From: Candidatus Moraniibacteriota bacterium
GTDB lineage: Bacteria; Patescibacteriota; Minisyncoccia; Moranbacterales; UBA2206
Length of the DNA: 64,000 nucleotides
Reading direction: 5' to 3'
Assembly (NCBI GenBank): GCA_049303905.1
Contig: JBAQNP010000020.1
Coordinates: 78,309 to 142,308 of the forward strand
Below, piece after piece: positions 1 to 9,047 of the stretch; within the stretch, counting starts at the first letter, position 1, and every line of letters starts with the position of its first letter. The notes beneath the pieces were generated by a model. It saw nothing but the letters and a program-made list of their open reading frames with translations. It had not been told where the DNA came from and ran no database searches. A program made the position numbers and the translations under genes.

Positions 1-277
1 GAAAAACTCGCCTCGACTCGCGGAGACGCTACGTCGACGCGAAGCGGGGAAGAAAAACAAAACTACATTACACAAAGAAATGCTATTTTAAAATATTCAC
101 AAAATGAAGAGAGGCAGCAAAATTCAAAGCCGGACGTCATTGTTTCTTCTGATCGGCCAATGAGCCTTTCTCAGATGTCCCACATTGCGCCAAAAAAATT
201 CAAATCTCTGCGAAAAAAACCCGAAGTTAATTTGAACGATGTGAGAGAGTTGATAAATCAAACAAAAAATAATTAGA
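1..277 (+). CDS. 3' end of an upstream gene (partial CDS, product unknown)
   Basis: Frame 1 is open from the window edge to TAG at 275-277 (…KKPEVNLNDVRELINQTKNN*). It is absent from the ORF track because no start codon lies inside the window. Confidence 0.3.
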
Positions 278-458
278 ATGACGAGAAAAATAAATTTCAA
301 TCAAAAAATTCCCACTTCTCATGCATTTCTTGTGATTTTTGTTTTAGGTTTTTTGCTTTCTTGGTTTACAATTTCAGAAGGAAAAAAAATAGTAGAAGAT
401 GGAAAAAATTCTCCAGCCTTTAATGTTTCTAAAAGAATGCAGATTAATGATTTAGCAG

Positions 459-1547
459 ATGATAAAAAAAAGTAAAAAAGTATTACTTGGAATGTCAGGT
501 GGTGTCGATTCCTGTGTGTCAGCAGTCCTGCTCAAAAAGCAGGGTTTTGATGTTAGGGGGGTGTATTTGTGGATGTGGAAAGTTGACGGGAAAAAAAGTA
601 ATACAAAAGCAATTGAAGACGCGCAGAAAATTGCCAAAATCTTGGATATCCCTTTGGAAATTATCGATGTGCAAAAAAAATTCAAAAAAGAAGTGGTGGG
701 ATATTTTCTGAAAGAATACTCAGCTGGACGCACACCTAATCCCTGTATTTTTTGCAATGAAAATTTGAAATTTAAAACGTTGTTTGAAGTGGCGGATAAG
801 TTGGGAATAGATTATGTAGCGACGGGACATTACGCGCTGGCGCGCAAAGTCAAAAGTCAAAAGTCAAAAGTCAAACTTGAGGAAAAATTTCAATACAAAT
901 TATTAGAAGCTAAGGACAAGAATAAAGATCAGTCATATTTTTTATATCGGCTGAAGCAGAAACAGTTGGCGAGAATTATTTTTCCGTTAGGGGAATATCA
1001 AAAAGAAGAAGTCAAGACATTGGCGAAAAAATTCAAACTGCCGGTTTTTGACAAAGCGGAATCGCAAGATATTTGTTTTTTAGCGAATATATCAGTGGAG
1101 GAATTTTTAGCAGAAAACATAAAATTGAAAAAAGGGAAAATAGTCAACACGGACGGAAAAGTTATCGGAGAACATTTAGGCCTTCCTCTTTACACGCTCG
1201 GTCAGAGAAAAGGCATAAATATCGGAGGAACTGGGCCGTACTATGTGGCTAAGAGAGATGCTAAAAGAAATTGCCTTACTGTGACTAACAAAAAAGAGGA
1301 TTTGTTTTTATTCTCTAAATTTGCTAATATAAATGAGGTAAATTGGATTTCGACTGCGCCTAAATTGCCAGTCAAGGTTTTGGCGAGAATTAGGTATCGA
1401 AGCTCATTAATTCCGGCGACGATAGTCATGAGACGCAAAAAATATGAAATACAATTCGATATCGCACAGCGTGCGGTGACGGCGGGGCAGTCGGTGGTGT
1501 TTTATAATAAAAAAGAAGAGGTGGTGGGGGGAGGGGTAGTGTTTTAA
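459..1547 (+). CDS. mnmA: tRNA-specific 2-thiouridylase MnmA
   Basis: N-terminal PP-loop SGGVDS; length and overall pattern match MnmA/TrmU. Confidence 0.85.
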   Translation: MIKKSKKVLLGMSGGVDSCVSAVLLKKQGFDVRGVYLWMWKVDGKKSNTKAIEDAQKIAKILDIPLEIIDVQKKFKKEVVGYFLKEYSAGRTPNPCIFCNENLKFKTLFEVADKLGIDYVATGHYALARKVKSQKSKVKLEEKFQYKLLEAKDKNKDQSYFLYRLKQKQLARIIFPLGEYQKEEVKTLAKKFKLPVFDKAESQDICFLANISVEEFLAENIKLKKGKIVNTDGKVIGEHLGLPLYTLGQRKGINIGGTGPYYVAKRDAKRNCLTVTNKKEDLFLFSKFANINEVNWISTAPKLPVKVLARIRYRSSLIPATIVMRRKKYEIQFDIAQRAVTAGQSVVFYNKKEEVVGGGVVF

Positions 1548-1603
1548 TTTTTTAAATTTTTCAAAAATAAAAACCAAAAGGAAGATGGGGAAAAGGGTTT
1601 AAT

Positions 1604-1676
1604 TAATATTCACCCTATGGAATAAATTTTGATTACAAAATTATCACGCTGAGGCGTGATATTCCACAGGGTAAAA
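1604..1676. repeat. Small palindromic MITE-like element, TTCACCCT family
   Basis: Terminal inverted repeats ATTCACCCTATGGAATA / TATTCCACAGGGTAAAAT flank an inner hairpin ATCACGC-TGAG-GCGTGAT. The termini resemble elements at 18672 and 40065. Confidence 0.45.
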
Positions 1677-1680
1677 TTTT

Positions 1681-1950
1681 ATGTACGGAAATAATGATGC
1701 GAGCGATGAGGACAAAAAAAGACAGCTGAATGCTTTGAATATGCAACTGAGTATGCTCGATAGTGATCAGAAGAAATTTTCCAATGAAAAAAATATTCTG
1801 GAAGCAGAGATTAGAAAAAACAAAATGGACACTGAAAGATTGCGGATTGATTTGAGCGAAAAGCAAAAAAGATTTGATAAGATAACTTTTCAATTTTTGC
1901 AAAATGAAGAGGAGATCAAGAGAATAAAAAGAAAATTAACATCATTATAA
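1681..1950 (+). CDS. Hypothetical coiled-coil protein
   Basis: 89-aa ORF, charged and heptad-rich; no recognisable motif. Confidence 0.3.
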   Translation: MYGNNDASDEDKKRQLNALNMQLSMLDSDQKKFSNEKNILEAEIRKNKMDTERLRIDLSEKQKRFDKITFQFLQNEEEIKRIKRKLTSL

Positions 1951-1951
1951 T

Positions 1952-2200
1952 ATGGCAATATCAAAATTAACAAGCATTGTGATTAGGGCGATTAAGGAAG
2001 AAAGGATGAAAGAAATAGAATCACAAAAAGGAATTTTCAATTCCGAAAGTAAAATAAAAAATATCGAAAGAGAACTAGATAATAAAGGTGTAAATTATAT
2101 TCCTGAAGCAATACAAAAACTGAAGGAATTATTTGGATCATATGTTAAGGATTGGGAATATAATAATATTGAACAGCAAATTAGATATAATGTGAAATAA
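1952..2200 (+). CDS. Hypothetical protein
   Basis: 82-aa ORF immediately following the previous ORF; no recognisable motif. Confidence 0.3.
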   Translation: MAISKLTSIVIRAIKEERMKEIESQKGIFNSESKIKNIERELDNKGVNYIPEAIQKLKELFGSYVKDWEYNNIEQQIRYNVK

Positions 2201-2210
2201 TTTTTAATTT

Positions 2211-4118
2211 ATGAACGCAAATGAACTTCGTCAAAAATATTTGGAATTTTTCAAAGAACGAGGACATCAAATTGTGCCGAGTGGTTCTTTGATTCCGGAA
2301 AATGATCCGACAACGCTTTTTACTGGCTCAGGAATGCAACCAATGCTTCCCTATCTCATGGGAGAAAAACATCCTCTAGGAGGCAGGATTGCCGATTCGC
2401 AAAAAAGTTTTCGCGCAGGCGACATTGAAGAGGTGGGCGACAATCGACACACGACTTTTTTTGAGATGCTAGGTAATTGGTCACTGGGAGATTATTTCAA
2501 AAAAGAACAAATTGGTTGGATGTTTGAATTTCTCACTAAAGAAATTGGTCTTAATCCAGAAAAAATTTATGTGACAGTTTTTCGCGGAGATGAAAAACTA
2601 AATATTTCCAAAGACGATGAATCAGTGGCGCTTTGGCAAGAACTTTTCAAAGGCGCAGGAATTGAAGCTAAGGCAGTTGATTTTGCCGAAAAAAATGGAA
2701 TGCAAAACGGGCGAATCTTCTATTATCCAGTCGAAAAAAATTGGTGGAGTCGCGCTGGCGTGCCGGACAATATGCCGTTTGGTGAACCGGGAGGACCGGA
2801 CAGTGAAATGTTTTGGGATTTTGGAGCAGAACTTGGTCTTCATGAAAAATCCATCTGGAAAAATGAGCCGTGTCATGTTAATTGCGATTGTGGAAGATTT
2901 TTGGAAATTGGGAATAATGTTTTTATGCAATATATCAAAACTCAAACAGGTTTCGAACTTTTAAAACAACAGAACGTTGATTTTGGCGGAGGATTGGAAA
3001 GAATCATGGCGGCGCTAAATGGCAACCCAGATATATTCCTCACAGATATTTTTGCTGGTGCAAGAAGTGAAATTGAAAAATTATCCACAAAAAAATATGA
3101 AGATAATAAAGAAGCTTTTCGAGTAGTTATGGATCATCTTCGCGCTGCGACATTCTTGATTGCAGATGGTGCTTATCCTAGCAACAAAGATCAGGGATAT
3201 TTTGTGCGTCGGCTTATTCGACGAGCAGTTAGATTTGCTCATAAACTTGGAGTAGAAAAAAACTTCTGTTCTGATATTGCTAAAATTTACATTGAGTATT
3301 ATCAAGATGCTTATTCGGATTTATTGGAGAAGTCGGAAAATATTTTTGAAGAATTGGAAAAAGAGGAAGATAAATTTAGAAAGACACTAGAAAAAGGATT
3401 ATCAGAAATCAATAAATTTAAAATAGACGATGTTGTTTCTAAGTCGTCAATAGATAATATTGAACTTATCCCAGGAGATGACAACACTAAGGCGGATAAA
3501 TTATTTGAATTATATACTACTCATGGTTTTCCAGTTGAGCTTGCAATAGAGGAGCTTAAGAAAAAAAATATCTTAATAAATCAAAATACTATTAGCTTAT
3601 TCGAGGATAGAGTAAAACAACATCAGGAACTTTCTCGTACAGCGAGTGCTGGAAAATTCAAGGGCGGACTAGCTGATCACAGTGAAAAAATAACCGCACT
3701 TCATACCGCGACGCATTTGATGCTGGCGGGATTGCGAAAGGTCCTTGGTGAGAATGTTCATCAAAAAGGATCTAATATTACGGAAGAGAGAATCAGATTT
3801 GATTTTTCCTATTCGGACAAAATGACTGACGAACAAAAAAAAGCCGTGGAGGAATATGTAAACGAAGCGATCAATTCCAAGACTGATGTTGTGATGGAGG
3901 AAATGACACTGGAAGAGGCACGCGAAAAGGGAGCCGAAGGGGCATTTGAAAATAAATATGGTGAGAGAGTGAAGGTGTATTCAATTGCTGGATTTTCCAA
4001 AGAAATTTGTGGCGGTCCGCACGTTGCCAACACCGGCGATATCAAGGGCGTTTTCAAAATCAAAAAAGAAGAAAGTTCTTCTGCTGGTGTGCGAAGGATT
4101 AAGGCGGTGGTGGAGTAA
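2211..4118 (+). CDS. alaS: Alanine--tRNA ligase (short form, 635 aa)
   Basis: N-terminus MNANELRQKYLEFFKERGHQIVPS…FTGSGMQ is the class II AlaRS catalytic core. An editing-domain HxxxH region (HTATHLMLAG) is present; the C-terminal domain is absent or short. Confidence 0.85.
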   Translation: MNANELRQKYLEFFKERGHQIVPSGSLIPENDPTTLFTGSGMQPMLPYLMGEKHPLGGRIADSQKSFRAGDIEEVGDNRHTTFFEMLGNWSLGDYFKKEQIGWMFEFLTKEIGLNPEKIYVTVFRGDEKLNISKDDESVALWQELFKGAGIEAKAVDFAEKNGMQNGRIFYYPVEKNWWSRAGVPDNMPFGEPGGPDSEMFWDFGAELGLHEKSIWKNEPCHVNCDCGRFLEIGNNVFMQYIKTQTGFELLKQQNVDFGGGLERIMAALNGNPDIFLTDIFAGARSEIEKLSTKKYEDNKEAFRVVMDHLRAATFLIADGAYPSNKDQGYFVRRLIRRAVRFAHKLGVEKNFCSDIAKIYIEYYQDAYSDLLEKSENIFEELEKEEDKFRKTLEKGLSEINKFKIDDVVSKSSIDNIELIPGDDNTKADKLFELYTTHGFPVELAIEELKKKNILINQNTISLFEDRVKQHQELSRTASAGKFKGGLADHSEKITALHTATHLMLAGLRKVLGENVHQKGSNITEERIRFDFSYSDKMTDEQKKAVEEYVNEAINSKTDVVMEEMTLEEAREKGAEGAFENKYGERVKVYSIAGFSKEICGGPHVANTGDIKGVFKIKKEESSSAGVRRIKAVVE

Positions 4119-4120
4119 TT

Positions 4121-4315
4121 TCTCTTTACTTTTTCTTTCCGCAAGAAAAAGTAACAAAAAGAACTCTCAGCTGAGCTCACGTGCCAATAAATTCTTTGTT
4201 TGTCGGCTAAAATTTATAATTCGGTCCGACCAAATGCGTCGGGCCTCAAACAAAATAAATTTCTTAACTCAGACTCACTCGAATTTATAGTGGCACGTTT
4301 CGCAAGGCTGAAATT
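4121..4315 (+). ncRNA. Candidate structured RNA element, copy A (unclassified)
   Basis: Starts 3 nt after the alaS stop. It has an 11-bp hairpin (TACTTTTTCTT-TCCGC-AAGAAAAAGTA), a long-range helix (ACGTGCC…GGCACGT plus ATAAATTC/GAATTTAT), an inner hairpin (GGTCCGAC/GTCGGGCC) and a 3' CGCAAGGCTGAAA tail. Copy B at 38377 has the same architecture with compensatory changes. Confidence 0.4.
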
Positions 4316-4384
4316 TAATATAAAATATAAGATACAAAAGTTTAAATAAGAGGTTGAAGTTTATTGATAAAATTTGAAGAGTGG

Positions 4385-4409
4385 ATAAAAAAGGCTAAAC
4401 TAAGCCTTT
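4385..4409 (-). terminator. Hairpin + U-run downstream of the transposase gene (minus strand)
   Basis: AAGGCT-AAACTA-AGCCTT; the T-run read on the minus strand is the plus-strand A-run at 4386-4391. Confidence 0.4.
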
Positions 4410-4416
4410 CCTGAAT

Positions 4417-5484
4417 TCAACAATCTAACGCAACACCTGTCTTCTGATAAAATACCTCATACGGAGTAAAACCGCAATGTCTTTTTCGTGGACGACTATT
4501 GATTAAATATTCAACCTGAGAAATTTCCTGAGCGGATATTTTTTCAAAATCAGTTTTCTTAGGAAAGTATCTGCGAAACAACCCATTGGCATTTTCATTA
4601 GAGCCTCTTTCTTGCGAACAATACGGATGAGCGAAAAAACAGGAAAGATTAAGTTTTTCTTCAACTGTTTCATAATCAAGATTTTCTGTTCCTCTGTCGC
4701 GTGTTAAAGTTTTTCTAAACTCTACGGGAATATTTTTTAAACGATCAATCAAAACCTTATCACATTCCTTGGTAGTTCCATTGATTGCTTTTCCGAAAAA
4801 TACAAGACCGCTCACTCTTTCATTAACACTCTTTATTCTGAATTTACTTTCACGAGAAACTAAGGTGTCATCTTCCCAATGACCGATAGTTTTTCTTTCT
4901 AAGACTTCCTCTGGTCGTATCTCTATGGAAGGCAAGGTTGAATTTCTTTCTAATTTTTGGGCTTTACGCAAGCCCTTTTTCTGTCTACGCTTATGTCGAC
5001 GAGTTAAATATTTTCTTAAATCTTCACAGCCTCTCTTAATCGCTCCATTGCCTCGTCTGTGTATTTTAGAATAAACGAATTGATAAATAGCTTCATAAGA
5101 AATTCTCATTTTCTTATCATTTGGATAATCAATTGGCAAACGCAATTTTATTTGTTCGGGAGACCAACCCAATTTTAGTTTTTTAGTAGTGTAATCTTTC
5201 AGCGGTTCGTAATTGAATTTACTTTCCCTTCCTTGATTCTTGCGATTATTTTCAGATTTTTTCTGGGCTCTATCGGCATTGTATTTTCCTCTGCCAATTC
5301 TTGGCTTCCCATCTATCTCTCGACTGACTGCGGACTTGGGTCTGTTTAGCTCCTCAGCTATCTCTGACATCAATTTTTTGTCTATACAGTACCTATTTTC
5401 AATGATTACTCTTTCTTTGTAAACTATACGTTTGAATGTTTTGAGTCCGCCGGCTCTTTTTTGTAATTTATTCATACACTTCAT
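4417..5484 (-). CDS. IS30-family DDE transposase
   Basis: N-terminal HTH, then a DDE domain with the HWEDDT (HWEGD-like) motif and the IS30-typical spacing; 355 aa. Confidence 0.85.
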   Translation of the reverse strand: MKCMNKLQKRAGGLKTFKRIVYKERVIIENRYCIDKKLMSEIAEELNRPKSAVSREIDGKPRIGRGKYNADRAQKKSENNRKNQGRESKFNYEPLKDYTTKKLKLGWSPEQIKLRLPIDYPNDKKMRISYEAIYQFVYSKIHRRGNGAIKRGCEDLRKYLTRRHKRRQKKGLRKAQKLERNSTLPSIEIRPEEVLERKTIGHWEDDTLVSRESKFRIKSVNERVSGLVFFGKAINGTTKECDKVLIDRLKNIPVEFRKTLTRDRGTENLDYETVEEKLNLSCFFAHPYCSQERGSNENANGLFRRYFPKKTDFEKISAQEISQVEYLINSRPRKRHCGFTPYEVFYQKTGVALDC

Positions 5485-5541
5485 TTTATATTATTTTTAA
5501 TGAAGTGTTGCAATTATTTCTTGAACTCGGGTTTTTTCGGT

Positions 5542-5570
5542 TTGACAAAAGCCTAATTCTATGCTACAAT
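5542..5570 (+). promoter_or_regulatory. Sigma70-like promoter (TTGACA-17-TACAAT)
   Basis: TTGACA at 5542-5547, 17-nt spacer, TACAAT at 5565-5570; reads toward the lipoprotein ORF at 5704. Confidence 0.45.
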
Positions 5571-5703
5571 TTATAGTCAAGAATCGTACATTAAAAATCC
5601 AACCAAAACTCGATTGCCCGGTTTTTGCCTTTAGTTAGTGATCTAATTTGAGGCAGAAATCGGGTAATTGAATTAATTTTATAAATTTATATTTTGGAGG
5701 AAT

Positions 5704-5931
5704 TTGAATATGAGGAAAATATGGCTTATTATTATTCTGTCGATTTTTGTTTCTGGGTGTGCAATGAGTATTGGCACCCAGAAACTGGATAAATTTTCTG
5801 GTGTCGCTATGAATATCGGTGACCAGGAAATTTCTGATTCTAATGGTGTCGCCTGTAATATTGGGCGGCAAAAAATTAAAAAGCTTAAGGGAGTTGCTCT
5901 GAACATTGGGCAACAGGAGGTTAAAAAATGA
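5704..5931 (+). CDS. Small lipoprotein with four GVAxNIGxQ repeats
   Basis: Signal peptide plus lipobox (VSGC), then repeats GVAMNIGDQ / GVACNIGRQ / GVALNIGQQ. Confidence 0.5.
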   Translation: MNMRKIWLIIILSIFVSGCAMSIGTQKLDKFSGVAMNIGDQEISDSNGVACNIGRQKIKKLKGVALNIGQQEVKK

Positions 5932-5936
5932 AATTA

Positions 5937-5977
5937 TTAAGAGGGTTCGCGTTGTCGTATCGCGTGGGCCCTCTTTT
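5937..5977 (+). terminator. GC-rich hairpin + T-run
   Basis: AGAGGG…CGCG…CGCG…CCCTCT followed by TTTTT. Confidence 0.5.
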
Positions 5978-6089
5978 TGCGTCTCGATTCTTGCAAACAA
6001 CTAATAATAATGCTAAATTTAGGATAATAGTAGTGATGCGCCTGCTTGCCGGTAGGCAGGAATATACGAATAAAAATTAAAAATAGTTT

Positions 6090-6431
6090 ATGAAAATAGT
6101 CGAAGAAAAAATAACATTGGAAGAATTGAAAGAAATGTCTGGGAAAATGTTTGGAAATCTGGTGAAAGCGGTGGTGGATATTGAAAAGGGAGTTATGGCA
6201 GTAGACGCTGGTTTGCATGCTGATGAAGAAACATTACTTCTTGAAAATGGTTCCGAACAAAAAAATCTCTGGGGAATAAATCTTTATCCAGATTTGATCG
6301 GGGATGATTTTGTGGAGTTTGATTCAATGATAAATTTGCGACCATCGCAAAATAATCGCAGTCGCGGAGTAGATGACGCGGAAATTCAAAAGAAGATAAT
6401 AGAAATAGTTGATAAATTAGTAAAAAAATAA
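6090..6431 (+). CDS. Hypothetical protein
   Basis: 113-aa ORF with good coding look; no recognisable catalytic motif. Confidence 0.4.
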   Translation: MKIVEEKITLEELKEMSGKMFGNLVKAVVDIEKGVMAVDAGLHADEETLLLENGSEQKNLWGINLYPDLIGDDFVEFDSMINLRPSQNNRSRGVDDAEIQKKIIEIVDKLVKK

Positions 6432-6437
6432 ATCAAT

Positions 6438-6764
6438 ATGCAACATACTGACTTAACAAACGAACGATGGCAAAATTTTTCTTTTTTTGAACAAATGGCA
6501 AATGTCGGCAGTGAGGTTGAACGAACTATAAAATGGAAAAATAAGGAAAATTTGGAATATAGCCGAATGGCCTTTGAGCGAGCGCTGGAACTCCTAGATC
6601 TCACAATTTCTGATCCAAAAAACAAAAAAAGATTGAAAGAGATATTGCGAGTGCGAGAAGTTTTGGCGGATTATTTTGCATTTCAAAATGAATATAAATC
6701 GACTGACAAAAGCTGGCAAAACTATTTTTATTCTTTTAATTTCGCAGCACGCTTGGGAATTTAA
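6438..6764 (+). CDS. Hypothetical protein
   Basis: 108-aa ORF tightly following the previous one. Confidence 0.4.
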   Translation: MQHTDLTNERWQNFSFFEQMANVGSEVERTIKWKNKENLEYSRMAFERALELLDLTISDPKNKKRLKEILRVREVLADYFAFQNEYKSTDKSWQNYFYSFNFAARLGI

Positions 6765-6786
6765 TAAAAATTAAAAATTTAATTTT

Positions 6787-7995
6787 ATGGCAAAAGTTAT
6801 AACTGATGAAAAGTTGGTGGATGAATTATTAGAAAGAGGAACAGAAGAAGTGATAGTGAAAGAGCATTTGAAAAAAAGAATGATGGCGGGAGAAAAATTG
6901 AGAATAAAATTGGGAATAGACCCAACCGGTTCTGTTTTGCATTTAGGACACGCGGTTGTTTTGAAAAAAATGAAACAATTTCAAGATTTGGGACACCAAG
7001 TGATTTTTTTGATTGGTGATTTCACGGCAAAAATTGGTGATCCGACGGGACGCTCATCAGCCAGAAAACCTCTCACCGATGAGGATGTAAAGAAAAATAT
7101 GGAGAGTTATCAAAAACAAGCGGGCATCATGTTGGATATGGAAAAAGTAGAAGTGCGATATAATTCGGAGTGGCTGGCAAAACTAAGTTTCAAAGAATTA
7201 ATTGTGCTAACTTCAAAAATCACTTATGCGCAAATGGCACAACGTGCGGATTTTAAGGAAAGGATAAAAAATGATATCGATCTTAGTATGCAAGAATTTA
7301 TGTATCCGGCAATGCAAGGATATGACAGTGTAGTTCTCAGGGCGGATGTTGAATTAGGAGGCACTGATCAAAAATTTAATTTACTCATGGGGCGACAATT
7401 ACAAAAAAGATATGATCAAGAGCCACAAGATGTCCTTACTTGTCCACTTTTGGAAGGTCTTGGCGGAATAGATAAAATGAGCAAGAGCTTGAATAATTAT
7501 ATTTCTCTCACGGAAGAATCTAATTCCATGTTTGGAAAAATAATGTCATTAGCTGATGAATTGATTATAAGATATTTTGAATTGTGCACGGAGATTTCAA
7601 TGGATGAAATTGAAAAAATAAAGAAAGATTTGAAAGATGGTAAAGTCAATCCACGAGATGTGAAAATAAAACTTGCACATGAAATAACCAAGATTTATCA
7701 CGGGGAAGAAAAAGCCAATGAAGCTAAAGAATATTTTGAAAAAGTTATTTCTAGAAAAGAAACGCCAGATGAAGTTGCTCCATCTCCAGCACCACCAGAA
7801 ACTAAACTTATTGATTTAATGATTAAGGAGGGCTTAGCTGAGAGTAATGGCGATGCTAAAAGAAAAATTGAACAAGGGGGAGTTTCACTGAATGGAGAAA
7901 TCATAAAAGATATTCAAACCAAAATTTCCAAAGTTATGGATGGAAAAATTTTGAAAGTTGGGAAAAGAGAATTTCGAAAGATTGTTGTGAGATAG
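6787..7995 (+). CDS. tyrS: Tyrosine--tRNA ligase
   Basis: HIGH-type motif (LHLGH), KMSKS motif (KMSKSLNN), C-terminal S4-like domain (GGVSLNGEII). Confidence 0.85.
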   Translation: MAKVITDEKLVDELLERGTEEVIVKEHLKKRMMAGEKLRIKLGIDPTGSVLHLGHAVVLKKMKQFQDLGHQVIFLIGDFTAKIGDPTGRSSARKPLTDEDVKKNMESYQKQAGIMLDMEKVEVRYNSEWLAKLSFKELIVLTSKITYAQMAQRADFKERIKNDIDLSMQEFMYPAMQGYDSVVLRADVELGGTDQKFNLLMGRQLQKRYDQEPQDVLTCPLLEGLGGIDKMSKSLNNYISLTEESNSMFGKIMSLADELIIRYFELCTEISMDEIEKIKKDLKDGKVNPRDVKIKLAHEITKIYHGEEKANEAKEYFEKVISRKETPDEVAPSPAPPETKLIDLMIKEGLAESNGDAKRKIEQGGVSLNGEIIKDIQTKISKVMDGKILKVGKREFRKIVVR

Positions 7996-8139
7996 AAAGG
8001 CCTTGCATTTTTTTCAAATTTGTGTAAAATTATCTTAGTTAATTAATAATTAAAAAGCTGGATAGTATTTTAGGTTTTTTTTCACTTCATATTAACTTTT
8101 ATATGGGGTTTACTATTTGGCTAAATATGAAAAGAAGAG

Positions 8140-8583
8140 ATGGCAGAGAAAAAAAAATCAGTCGGTAAGAAAAATGCCAAGACAATTAATTTTGGATTGC
8201 ATCTCACTCTTGACGGCTACGGTGGAAATCCGGACAAGTTAAATGATGGGAAGCTCGTGAAAAAAATTCTCGATGAGCTCCCAGGAAAAGTAGGCATGCA
8301 TAAAATTTATGGACCAGTGACGATGGATTGTCCCGAATTCAATGAAAAGGATTCTGGTGGACACAGCGGTTTCGTGATGATCGCCGAGAGTCACATCAGT
8401 TGTCACACTTTCCCGTGGCGGAAATTTGTGAGCATAGATGTGTATACTTGCGGAAGTTCAATGGATAAAAAGTTTATCGTGAACTATTTCAAAAAAGCGT
8501 TTGAACTCAAAAAAGTGGAATTGAACTTCATAAAACGCGGAACAAAATTTCCAGCCAAGGATTTGGTAGCGAAAGAAAAATAA
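8140..8583 (+). CDS. speH: S-adenosylmethionine decarboxylase proenzyme (small SpeD/SpeH type)
   Basis: FVMIAESHISCHTFPW…SIDVYTCG matches the processing-site serine region and conserved core of small AdoMetDC. Confidence 0.7.
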   Translation: MAEKKKSVGKKNAKTINFGLHLTLDGYGGNPDKLNDGKLVKKILDELPGKVGMHKIYGPVTMDCPEFNEKDSGGHSGFVMIAESHISCHTFPWRKFVSIDVYTCGSSMDKKFIVNYFKKAFELKKVELNFIKRGTKFPAKDLVAKEK

Positions 8584-8602
8584 GCTTGAATATATAAAAA
8601 AA

Positions 8603-8636
8603 GCGAGGTTGCTCTTAAGCAAGACCTCGCTTTTTG
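8603..8636 (+). terminator. Rho-independent terminator
   Basis: GCGAGGT…ACCTCGC stem followed by TTTTTGTTTTT. Confidence 0.6.
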
Positions 8637-8653
8637 TTTTTGAAAATATATCC

Positions 8654-8857
8654 CTATCTTTTAATTTCTAAGCGGACATCGGATAAAACGATGAAGGGGC
8701 TTAGGATGATTAGGATAGATAAAAAACAAAGCAAAAAAAATATAAAAAAGACAAACATAGCTATTGGTTCCAGTATGTTAATTAAAACCATTAAAACGAA
8801 ACCAATAATTTGGATAAATAACCATAGATAAGAAAAAAACTTCTTTATTTTTTTCAT
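8654..8857 (-). CDS. Possible small membrane protein
   Basis: 67-aa hydrophobic ORF; weak support. Confidence 0.2.
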   Translation of the reverse strand: MKKIKKFFSYLWLFIQIIGFVLMVLINILEPIAMFVFFIFFLLCFLSILIILSPFIVLSDVRLEIKR

Positions 8858-9002
8858 AAATCCCCCTCCTTTTTTAAAGAGCCGTTTTCATTATTTATGT
8901 GAAATAGTGAGTCTGATTGATAATAATGAAATAGTATATGACTTTTCTTGTTTTAGCAAATAAAATACTTCAATAATATGGCTTTTTTATTTTTACAATC
9001 TA

Positions 9003-9011
9003 TGGTATAAT
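9003..9011 (+). promoter_or_regulatory. Extended -10 element (TGGTATAAT)
   Basis: TGn-TATAAT about 35 nt upstream of the ftsA-like start; no convincing -35. Confidence 0.35.
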
Positions 9012-9047
9012 TTCAGTAGTTAATAAAAACAAAATTATTTTTTTTCA

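Larger units (their letters stand above)
4380..5640 (-). mobile_element. IS30-family insertion sequence (ends not resolved)
   Basis: Single transposase ORF with flanking non-coding DNA; terminal inverted repeats could not be defined by eye. Confidence 0.4.

Noticed and set aside
278-475. 65-aa ORF upstream of mnmA
   Set aside because: It overlaps the mnmA start and lies in a low-complexity A-rich region; no ribosome-binding site or motif. Likely spurious.
2211-4118. alaS as a truncated pseudogene (635 aa versus ~870 aa typical)
   Set aside because: Catalytic and editing motifs are intact and the ORF is uninterrupted. Short AlaRS forms lacking the C-terminal domain are plausible in reduced genomes, so it is treated as functional.
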